In this document: positions 41,228 through 52,576 of the stretch, one piece after another
How the letters are laid out: each line of letters opens with the position of its first letter
Position numbering within the stretch: the stretch's first letter is position 1
Assembly: GCF_006345805.1 (NCBI RefSeq)
Contig: NC_043022.1
Span: 744,001-808,000 of the forward strand
Reading direction: 5' to 3'
DNA from: Octopus sinensis
Lineage: Eukaryota
Length of the DNA stretch: 64,000 nucleotides
The notes under the pieces: generated by a model
The model's database searches: none
Told to the model about the DNA's origin: nothing
The model's input: the letters and a program-made list of their open reading frames with translations, nothing else
Position numbers and translations under genes: made by a program

Positions 41228-41704
41228 CATTAAGCTAGTGCTAGGAACATAAATTGTGACTAAGGTTTGGTGGAAGATTCTAATTCAGAATTTTAAAAAA
41301 CAAGACATTCATACTACAAGAACCAGAGGTGGTTTCAGCTGGGTTGGTATCAAAAAGGGTCAAGTAGTGGGTTTATTATTTCAAATATTCTTGGTTGCTA
41401 ACAAAATTATTATTTCTGCTAAGAAGCAAAGATGCTAACTGGTTTATTTCAACAAACCAAGGTTATCAACTGGTTTATTATTCCAACAAAGCATGGTTGC
41501 TAACTGGGTATTATTTCAAATAACTGGGGTTGCTATTTCAAACACTCGTTTGAAATTTAAAAACAAAAACAATTCAACTCCCCATGGTTGCTGGCAATTA
41601 TCTGGGGTTTTTTTAAAAATATATTTTTGCTTTGTATCTTATTTGTACTTCAGTTTATACCCCTCACTCACCCCTCTCTCCCCCCCTCTGTATGTGTGTA
41701 TATT

Positions 41705-41995
41705 CTTTCAACAGATAAAAAAGTATGCATGTACTTTCAACAGATGTGTGTGAATGTGCGTATGTGTATGCTATTCAACAGATGTGTGTTTGAGACTCTG
41801 TGTGTGTATGCATGTGTATGTGTATGCTATTCAACAGATGTGCGTTTGAGGCTGTGTATGTGTACATTATTCAACAGATGTGTGTGTTTGAGTGTATGTG
41901 CGTGCTATTCAACAGATGTGTGTTTGAGACTCTGTGTGTATGTGTTGTGTATATGGAGGGGAATGCTATTCAACAGGTGTATATGTGCTCAACAG
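41705..41995. repeat. Degenerate minisatellite (TATTCAACAGATGTGTG... units, about 7 copies)
   Basis: Motif TTCAACAGATG recurs at irregular ~30-60-bp spacing with TG-rich linkers. Confidence 0.85.
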
Positions 41996-42846
41996 CTGAA
42001 TGATATTGTGTGTGTGTGTGTGCATGTGTCTCTGTATTTTTGCATACTTTCGACCTTGGAGGTCCCAGGAAGGCCATGCGTGGAGACCCTTCCAAAGAAC
42101 AACAAACACAGAAAAAACAAAAAAAAACCTTCAAAATATGTTATGTGATACAAGCATATTTTTCCTTCTCTCTTTCTTTTGCTCTCTCTCTCTCTCTCTC
42201 CCCCTCCTCTCGTGCATGCAAGATCTGTTCCAACTCTCTCTCACACACACACGTCTGTGTGTGTCTCTGTGTGACATATGTTGGCATTATTTCTTCCTCT
42301 CTTGTGCAACTGATCTTGCTGCCATCTGTGTTTATTCAGGTGCATACATGTGATTCTATCTATGCACAATGCACACGTGCATGGGGGTGGGGGGAAGAGG
42401 TGAAAGTGTGTGTGTGTGTGTGCTTGTTTTCTGGGGGGAGGGGATTGTTTTGCTTTTTAGTTGTTTTTTCTGCAAATTTCAAAATTCCAACTTCTTTGTT
42501 TTCCATCTGTTTTTATCATTATTATTATTATTATTATTATTATTAGGGCAGCAAGTTGGTAGAATTGTTAGCATGCCAGTCAAAATGCTTGGCGGCATTT
42601 TGTCCATCTTTACATTCTGAGTTCAAATTCCGGCGAGGTCAACTTTGCCTTTCATCCTTTCGGGATCGATAGATTAAGCACAAGTGAAACACTGGGGTGG
42701 ATGTTATCGACTAGTCCCCTCCCCCAAAATTTCTGACCTTGTAGAAACCATGCCAAATCAGACTGGAAACTGGTGCAACTTCCCCCCTCCCCCCAGCTTG
42801 CCAGCACGGACAGCAGATGGTAAATGATGGTGATGATATATAACTA

Positions 42847-43022
42847 GAATGGTTCTCAACCTTTCTAGCATCTGGGCCAGACCCAAAACCTGGATTTTTT
42901 TTGTAGGGAGCCACACCAAAAGAAGTGAAAACACTTGTTAATTAAAGAAAAATTTATTTAAAAAACGAAGACCATTAGGGGCTGCCAGAAGGATACTTGA
43001 GGGCCATGGTTGAAAACCACTG
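42847..43022. mobile_element. hAT (Charlie-type) MITE, degraded
   Basis: TGGTTCTCAACC ... GGTTGAAAACCACTG termini; flanks are CTAG-containing. Confidence 0.55.
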
Positions 43023-43316
43023 ATCTAGCATCTTTTTGTTATGATTTAAGGGGAATTTGACTGCTATTTCTAACAGTTTGAATGACCACATGTAAACTCT
43101 ATTATACTTTGTTATTGTTGTTGGTTCTTCTATGCTCCATATCCCTACCATTCCTTTCTTTCGGTAAATATATCTGGTTTTCCATCCCTAAATGTATAAT
43201 TATTTACTTTACTCCTGATTCCATGAAATAACAACAACCATCGTTTATTTTCTGCAATTTATATATTTATTTATTCTCTTTCTTCTTCTTCTTCTTCTTC
43301 TTCTTCTTCTCACTAG

Positions 43317-43378
43317 AAATACAAAGATGAAATTAGAAAAAAATTAAATAAAGAAGAATTTAACAAATTTTTAGAAAG
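43317..43378 (+). CDS. GRK2: GRK2/3-family kinase, exon equivalent to GRK2 exon 6: KYKDEIRKKLNKEEFNKFLE(S)
   Basis: (CTT)n tract plus TAG acceptor at 43316, GTAAGT donor at 43379. 62 nt, phase 0/2. Aligns with [21 protein letters not shown]. Confidence 0.93.
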
Positions 43379-44042
43379 GTAAGTAAAATATTGAAACTTC
43401 GTAAACATTCCTTTTTTTTTTTCTTAAACAAGAATCTGAATATTTTCTTTGAATTTTGTGTTCTTCTTCTTGTTATTGTTTGCTGTTGTTGTGAGATTTG
43501 TTCCTGACTTAGAAATTTCAACTTGATCAAAACATAAAAAAACCTCAGATGTTTTCATAAACTGGAAATATTTGTGGTTGAAAAGGGAAGTTCAAAAATA
43601 TGGAATTGAAGTTTTATTCTAATTCTTTTCTTTTTCCTTTCAATGAGACTGACATTTTCAAAAACAGAATTGTTTATTATTTGAATTTCAAATATATTCA
43701 AATTTCCTTTTTTATAATTTTCATATAAACTTCAACTTTTTTTAATTAATTTTTTTATTTGATTCATCTTTATTCACCCAGTCCGTATCCCAACTCCCTT
43801 TCTTCCAATGGTAGCTTATGAAAACACCTAAATTTTGGAAATATGAATTTTCAAGGAGTGTGAAGAGAGGCTATAAAAATATATTCAAATCATAATTTCT
43901 AACTTTGCTTTGTAAGTTTTAACCCTTGACACTATAGACAAGACTGGAAGATATATAGACAAGTGACTTCTGCTTATGGCCCCCAGGTGGTCCAAAGCCT
44001 TGAGAATGGATTTGGGCAACAGAAATGGGGAGAAACCTTCGA

Positions 44043-44106
44043 GGCTCTGATGAAGCTATAAGGTGCTGCTTAGGCACTCATCTTATAGCAGAAACGGCTG
44101 TAAGCT
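44043..44106 (+). ncRNA. Near-intact minimal type I hammerhead ribozyme motif, family C, in the sense strand of the intron after exon 43317-43378
   Basis: Stem I GGCT/AGCT; core CTGATGA 44047-44053; A; perfect 8-bp stem II GCTATAAG/CTTATAGC; A; GAAAC 44091-44095; loop GGCT; cleavage triplet GTA 44100-44102. Confidence 0.7.
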
Positions 44107-45092
44107 AATGCAGTTCATAAGATAATTGTTTATTTCTTTGTCATTTCATTTTCTTATATATATATATATACACACACATGCACACACATATTCTTTTGTT
44201 TGTTTCAGTCATTTGACTGCAACCATGCTGGAGCACCCCACCTTGACGGGTTTTAATTCTATCAGTGTCTTTTGTTGATCCGCTAAGTTAAAGGGACATA
44301 AACACACCAACACTGGTTGTCAAGTGGTGCTGGATGGGGGGGGCAAACAAAGACACACACATGCATAGATATATACATATAGAGATGTATGACAGGCTTC
44401 TTTCAGTTTCTCTCTACCAAATCCATTCACAAGGCTTTGATTGGCCCAAGGATGTAGTAGAAGGCACTTGCCCAAGGTGCCACATAGTGGGACTGAACCT
44501 TGAACTATGAGGTTGGGAAGCAAGCTCCTCACCACCACCTTTTAAAGTTGCTTTTACAGATACTCTATAGAATTTAGAGCAAACATTGAAAGTCACAACT
44601 TTTCATTTATGAATACATCTACACAAACAAAGCAATTGAAGTGAGAAAAATAGGTAATAGGTGTATATGCACATTTCAGGAGATATTGCTCTTTCATCAG
44701 TGCCTATTAACTGTCCATGAACACATTGCTTAAATAGCTACAAAATATAACAAGTCATCTGTTCAGTTTCAATAAAATAAGTACTAGTTGAATACTTAGG
44801 CCAATGTAATCAACTTCTCTGAAATTACTGGCCTTGGGCTAAAATTTGAAACCATTATCATCATCATCATCAAAGTGGTGAGCTGAGAGAATCACTACAA
44901 TGCTGGGCAAAATGCTTAGCGGCTTTTGTCCATGTTTATGTTCTGAGTTCAAATTTCACCAAGGTCACATTTGCCTATCATCATTTCATGGTCATTAAAA
45001 TAAGTATCAGTTGAGCTCTGCAATCAACTATCCCACCCCACCCCCAAAAATATTTTAGGCCTTGTGCCTATAACAAAAAGATTATTATTAAC

Positions 45093-45603
45093 TGACACTG
45101 GGGTACAAACATGCGAAGCCCAATATACCCATCATGACTACCCATCTGTTAAGGGTTCACCAGCCACATGCATCACAACTATATGTGCGCGACATGGTGA
45201 TTTCATATCAAGATAAACAGCACATGAACTTGCAGGTGGGGCCCTGTTAGAATTTTCTTCAGGTCGAGTAGCCCATCCTGCTCAAAGGGTCACTGAATAA
45301 GGCTTGTTTAAGGATGTTGAATGAAACACCCATGTTTCCAGAAGTAAATTATCTAAACCCCCAAAGAATTCCTCTCAACACATGGCTATGATGCTCCCCC
45401 ACTACTTCTGCTCGTGATCAGAGATGCACATATCGTCAGCCACTGAGGGGACATGCTCAACTGGTTAGAGTCAAACAACCGACAAGCAAATCTGTGGTAT
45501 TGAGCAGAATATTTGCTGTAGCCCATCTTTTATACCGTACATGATAACACTTTTAATCAGTTAAGATCAGAAGCCATGAGAGCCACTGCCTGGTACTGAA
45601 TCA
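45093..45603 (-). mobile_element. Unclassified ~520-bp interspersed repeat, probably a retroelement (second copy 60064-60599)
   Basis: Two highly similar copies 15 kb apart; a (TAA)n-type tract lies at the inferred 3' end. Confidence 0.75.
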
Positions 45604-48600
45604 GGGCATTTTATTTTTATTATTATTATTATTATCATCCAGATTTTCTTTCACAACATTTCATGTATTAACAATTTACATTAACCACAACTTAAGGTCA
45701 TTGAAAACCGCCTAATTTATTTTCTTTTCTTTTCCTTCGCCCCCCCCTCCTCCTCTCCAGCTCCTGTTTATCTCCACAAATACATGCAACATCACACCCA
45801 TCCGTAAACTCAGGTCTAAAACAGTGGTCGCATTTTACTAAATCTTACACAAACAAACAAACCATAAAACAGAAATACCGAAAAAGAAAAAAAACTATAA
45901 AACATAAAAACAATCCCCCCCCAAAAAAAACACCATTCCGCACAAAATAATAAATAGTGTCAGTATTTTAGACAATGGCATTTCATTTGGTTGGCGGCTT
46001 CATTTTTACGCTGCTACAAAACCCAGGTCTTATTTTTAAAATTGTAAAATGCAAACGATGTGGAGAAATACAATTAATGCGAAATATTAATTTAAAAATA
46101 GCTTCTCCAAAATGGCGGGTTTTCATTCTGGTTGGTTTTGTTTGTTTTTTGTTTGTTTGTTTTTCTTGGGTGGGTGAGAGGTGGTGGGGGAGGTGTTTCA
46201 GATCATTTGTGTGTGTGTGTGTTTGTTTTTGATAATAGAACAAGTGTTTTACTAGTACAGACTGAAAATAGCTATCACTACAGGGTGAAAATGTTTTGAT
46301 GGCCACCGAAATAGCTTGATTAAATCAGTTTGAAAATATTGCTGCAGGTTAGAACCTCTCTGCTTAACGAATAATGTCCAGGAAATCATCTCCTTTCTCT
46401 TCTTCTGCCACCATTTACATACACACACACACACATACATTCATACATACATACATACATACATACATATCTGTGTGTGCACGGCGGATGAATGAAACAG
46501 CCAAGTTACATGGTGGAGTAAGTGAGTGGACTGCCTTGCTTAATATGGATTTGAGTTCAAATTGTCTCTTTTTGTTATTGTTGTTGGTGGTGGTGGTATT
46601 TAGCGGCAAGTCAGTTCTTTTGTTCATACGGACCTCTCTGATCAATCAAGGGTCTTCTGTGGGCTTTATAATGATAACTGATCATTTTTTTTCTGCTATA
46701 GGCCCAAGGCCTGAAATTTGATTGCAGAGTGAGAGCTGGTTGATTATATTGATACCAGTGCATAACTGGTACTTATTTTACCAACCCCAGAAAGGGATTA
46801 AAAGCAAAGTTGACCTTCAAGCGACATTTTAACTCAGAATGTAAAGGCTGGCAAAATGCTCTTGTGCAATTTGTCCAGAATGCTGAAGGTCCTGCCATCT
46901 TGCCACCTTTATGATGATGATGATGATGATAATGATCCTTTTTGTTGGTCACAAGGGCCCACGATATGGAGGACAATATCAAAGGACCAGTTACAGCACA
47001 CAAAAACAAAACAGATAATAATAATAATAATAATAATAATGGACTCCCCCGTTGAAGATGATGTTTGAGAGTTCATACCCTCACCTACCAATCAACTTTG
47101 CACAAATGATTTGCTTATCGTGATTGAATGTGTGTGCCATACATTATTAGCTGACTCCCTCCTTCAAACTGACATTACCTGAACAGATACAGGGTGTGCC
47201 GTACATCAGGTATAAAAGTGATCGCAGAGCAAACAGAGATGAAGGGTTTTGCTCAAGAACACAATGCACCACCCAGCCTAGGAGTCGTGAGTGCAACACC
47301 CTAACCACTAAGCCATGTTCCCTCACTAATAATAACAATAATAATAATAATAATCCTTTCTACTAAAGGCAGAAGAGCTGAAACTTTGAGGGGAAGGGAC
47401 TAATCAGTCAGATTGATCCCAGTGTTTAACTGGTACTTAATTTATCGACCCTGAAAGGATGAAAGGTAAAGTGAACAGATGAAACGCTGCTAAGCATCTT
47501 ACCTGGTCTGCTAATGATTCGACCAGGAGTACAGGGGGTTGATTTATTTAGCTAAACCATTCAAGGTAGTGCCCCAGCATGGCCACAGTCCAATGACTGA
47601 AACAAAAGATAAAGACATTATGTGTTTGTATTTGTTCCACACACACACATACACACTGCTTGACGACCGGTGTTGGTTTGTTTACATCCCTGTGACTTAG
47701 CAGTTCAACAAAAGAAACTGATAGAATAGGTCCCACACTTGAAAAGTAAGTACAGGGGTTGATTTGTTTGGCTAAAACCTTCAAAGCAGTGCCCCAGCAT
47801 GGCCACAGCCCAATGACTGAAACCAGTAAAAGGTAACAGATTAGAATAAATTTGACTTGTCAGCCATTGAGAAATGATTTCTTGAAATGTCCGGAAAGGA
47901 GTCCCACGTCAACGGTGTTGGGTTACTACAACAAACACAAACAAACAACTTCATTAGATCTGTAAACTTTTCTAAATATAGCGAACAATGAAGGGACAGA
48001 AATATGAAAAATCATTCATGAAAATTTGGAAGTTGATGGATTATTTCTATTTTTAAGGTTAACCGATAGCTTCTATTTATATACGGTTACAAATAGAGGT
48101 GCTGTGATTGAGTTATTGAAAGAAAGCATGAAAATCAATGAGGAAATGTTTAAATATTGGCAGTGCCACCGTTTTCTCTAAACCACAACCAAAAGCAGTG
48201 AGGTGACCGGTCTGTCAGCTTTATTGCCCCAGTTTATTGGTCGGTCAATAAGCATCAAGGGATTAGGGTTCTTAGGGGAAGCCTTCATCTCTTTAATGAG
48301 GTCAGTCAATGCTGTCAAAGGACATAAGCACACTGGGTGGTTACCTGGAGATTTCACAGGTTCAGGGGCTCAATTCTGATCTATGTATCATGTGGCTTGA
48401 TATCAGTAAATACTACAAGGCTCAGTGCACTGATTTTCCTATACACACACACACACACACACATACATATATACAGGTGCAGGCATGGTTGTGTAGTAAG
48501 AAGCTTGCTTTCCAACCACATGGTTCTAGGTTCAGTTCCACTGCATGGGACCTTGGGCAAGTGTCTTCTACTATGGCATTGGGCCAACCAAAGCCATGTG

Positions 48601-48668
48601 AGTGAATTTCGTAGATGGAAACTGAAAGAAGCCTGCCATATATATGTATATGTATGTGTGTGTGTGTG

Positions 48669-48709
<41 letters not shown>

Positions 48710-48712
<3 letters not shown>

Positions 48713-49503
48713 TATAAACAAGGGCAAAAGAAAAAATTTTTCCTTGCCAATATACTGAAATAAACGCTAAATCGTTTAACAACATTAAATATTTTCACTA
48801 TTATTACACATGTCAAGCAAGCCAACAGAAATTCATAAAAATTTAGTCATCCCCATATTGGCCCAATTTCTGGATTAATCCAAAAGGATTTTTCCTTCCT
48901 CAGCAAGGAACACTGAAAATGAAAATAAATGGAATACTTACACATACCCATGGAAAAGCAGACGTAGTGACATGAGTACATATAAGTACCCCAGATACAA
49001 CCAAATAGAAATTCCATAGCAAGCCTTGACACGTCAGGAACAGCAATTTCAGGAGAGGGGTTAAGTCCATTACATTGACCCCAGTGCTCAACTGGTACTT
49101 GTTTTATCGACCCCCAAAAGGATGAATGGCAAAGTCAACCTTGGTAGAATTTGAACTTGGAACATAAAGTCAGACAAAGTGGTTAACCTGTCCCAATTTG
49201 GTTGTATCTGGGGTACTTATATGTACTCATGTTATTGCGCCTGCTTTTCCATGGGTATGTGTAAGTATTCCATTTATTTTCATTTTCAGTGTTCTTCACT
49301 GATGAAGGAAAAATCCCTTTGGATTAATCCAGAAATTGGGCCAAATCAGGGATGACTAAATTTTTATGAATTTCTCTTGTCTTGCTTCCTCGTTTCAACA
49401 CATGTAATAATAATAGTGAAAATATTTAATGTGGTTACACGATTTAGTGTCTATTTCAGTATTGTGGCAAAGAAATTTTTTTCTTTTGCCCTTATTTATA
49501 ATT
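48710..49503. repeat. ~300-bp inverted repeat (arms 48710-49006 and 49196-49503) around a SINE fragment; each arm has a hammerhead-like motif (family D)
   Basis: Arms are reverse complements, e.g. GGCCCAATTTCTGGATTAATCC vs GGATTAATCCAGAAATTGGGCC. Cores are CTGAGGA (minus, 48897-48903) and CTGATGA (plus, 49299-49305). Confidence 0.85.
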
Positions 49504-49592
49504 ATATTTATAATTTCACCTTTAAAGGTACTTTTTCATATACTGGCCATTAATAAAGTTTTTAAAAAAAATTTTTGTCCTTATATTTGAAG

Positions 49593-49623
<31 letters not shown>

Positions 49624-52533
49624 TTTTAGAAAAACATAAATTTGGATAAGAAGCACACTCTAAGCAGTAGAGCAGTCTATATTTATTCCTAGTGATGGCC
49701 AGTTACACTGGATTTCTCATCATAAAGGTATCTTGAGACCCTAAGACCTGTTGAGATCTTAGGGTCTGAAGATACGCCATAAAGGATACCTTTATGGCGA
49801 GAAACCCAGTGTAGCCCTATAAACCAGCTTTCACCAGTAACAAGTACATGTGTGTGTGTGTGTGTAATGGAAATGTTTGAGAAAGACGTCATGTGTTGAA
49901 TTATAATAAAAATAAAAAGAAAAGTGCTCTGAAATATTTATGTTGAAGAAATATATTTGTGAAGTAAAATATTTTTATAGTCAACCAGTTTAACTTTTTC
50001 AGCTGATCGTGACTGAGCATTTTGTGATAATGTTATTACAATAATCCCATGCCATGCCATTGTTCACCTATCACGCACTCAGTACGTCATGATTCACCTA
50101 TTTTGGACTCAAGTACATTGCAGTTTGTGAAGGCGCATAGCTCAGTGGTTAGAGTGTCGAGCTTACGATCGTGAGGTTGTGAGCTCGAATCCCGGACCAG
50201 GCTGTGTGTTGTGTTCTTGAGTAAGACACTCTCAGCTGTGGAAATGTGTTGCGACGTCACAGGTGCCAAGCTGTATCGGCCCCTTTGCCTTTCCCTTAGA
50301 TGACACTGGTGGCGTGGAGAGGGGAGGCCAGTATGTCATGGGCGACTACTGGCCTTCCATAAACAACCTTGCCCGGATTTGTGCTTGGCAGGGTAACTTT
50401 CTAGGTGCAATCCTATGGTCTGTGTCGTGACTGAAGGGGGTCTCAGTACATTGCAGTTCACCTGTTTTGGACTCAGTACATCTTGGTTCACCTATTGCAC
50501 ACACTCAGTACATCACAGATTTTTCTGGCTAACACATGTAAATTTACATCGTGGACCTCTCAGTATATCATGGCTTTCTGGAGCCAAAAGGTATTTATAT
50601 TTTTTTAGATTTTAATTATTTCTGTGGGATGTTTTGGAACATAACAGCCATGATAGTCGAGGGATTACTCTTTCCCATGCTACATTGACTGGTTGTACTT
50701 ATTCAAGGTTGATAAGAGGGCAGCTATTTTGTAAATGAATAGATATATTGATTTATTGTTTTACTTGTTTCAAGTCATTTGACTGTGGCCATGCTGGAGC
50801 ACTGCCTTCAGTCGAACAAATCAACCCCAGGACTTATTCTTTGTAAGCTTAGTACTTATTCTATTGGTCTCTTTTGCTGAACTGCTAAGTTACGGGGACA
50901 TAAACACACCAATATCAGTTGTCAAGCGATGGTGGGAGTACAAACACAAGACACACACATACACAATGGGTTTCTTTCAGTTTCCGTCTACCAAATCCAC
51001 TAACGAGGCTTTTGTCGGCCCAAGGCTATAGGAGAATGCATGTGTCCAAGGTGCCACATGAATATTTTACTTCATGAATATGTTTTTTGTTAGCATGAAT
51101 AGTTACAGTGCAATTTCCTAGTTGTGGTAAGAAGTTTGCTTCCCAACCACATGGTTCCAGGTTCAGTCCCACTGCATGGCACCTTGGGCAGGTGACTTCT
51201 ACTATAGCATCAGGCCAACCAAAGCCTTGTGAGTGGATTTGATTGATGGAAACTGAAAGAAGCCCGTCATATGTATGGATGCTGGGTGAAGGTGCTAATC
51301 TCCCATGTTCAAAAACATAAAGACACAGAACATTTGTGTCATTAAGCCAGCTAGAAACAGTGTTTCTTGGGGCTAAATAACAGTAACATTCCTCCCTTTC
51401 CTGGGACTGCCACATTGAGTTGGCAACAAGCCATCACTTTATTATGCTGTTACTGAATGTCTCTCTTTGAAAGATTTAGAAATGTAATATTTCTCTATCT
51501 ATATATATATATATATATATATATATTATGTGTGTGTCTTTGTGTTTGTCCACCACCACCACTTGACAACCGGTGTTGGTGTGTTTACATTCCTGTACTG
51601 TAGCAGTTCAGCAAAAGAGTACCAGGCTTTAAAAGAAAATAAGTGCTGGGGGTCGATTACTTTTGACTAAAATGCATTAGGTGGTGCTCCAGCATGGCCA
51701 CAGTCTAATGACTGAATTAAGGTATAAGATAAAAAGAACTGTATACGTGTGTATGTGCGCGTGCATGCACAATGGGATTCTACACAGTTTCCATCTGCCG
51801 AATTCGCTGACAAGGCACCAATTGACCCTGAACTCTAACAGATCTTTGGCCAGGGTGCCACGCAGTGGAACTGAACCTAAAACTTTGTGGCTGCAAAGTA
51901 AGTTTCTTAACCACACAACCCTGCCTGTGCTTACATGTTAACCTTTAAAGAAGAAAGAAAGAAAGGATGGTCATTACTGGACTGTCTTTAATCATAAATA
52001 AGCCTATAACTGTCAGGACTGCAGGACTGGCCTTGACCTAAGCAACAACAACAACACCAACAGTGTCTGCAGAGCTTAGGTTCTGTGGGTGAAAAACTTG
52101 TCGCCATTGGCCCCCAGTGGTTTGGTGTCAGGATACAAACCATTTGACTCTTAATTGGTTCTACAGTATCTCCTCACCCCCTGGGGCCAGCCATACTGCT
52201 GCTGCTACATAAGCACTTGCTTCAAACAGTGTATACATATTGCATGTCAATTTGTTCAACTAAAGTTGGTGCTCTAGCATGGCCACAGTCAAATGACTGA
52301 AACAAGTAAAAGAATATATATACACACACACACACATATATACATATTTTATATGCAAACTTACATATATATATAGTATATATATTTATTTATATATATA
52401 TATATATATGTATATACACACATACACACACACTTTTATACGCATTTTTAGATTCGTTGAAGGTCAGGGTGCCCGAGGTAGCAATATTAAAAAAAAAAAT
52501 CATGAATGTGAATATAAAATCGTTTTATTTTTA

Positions 52534-52576
<43 letters not shown>

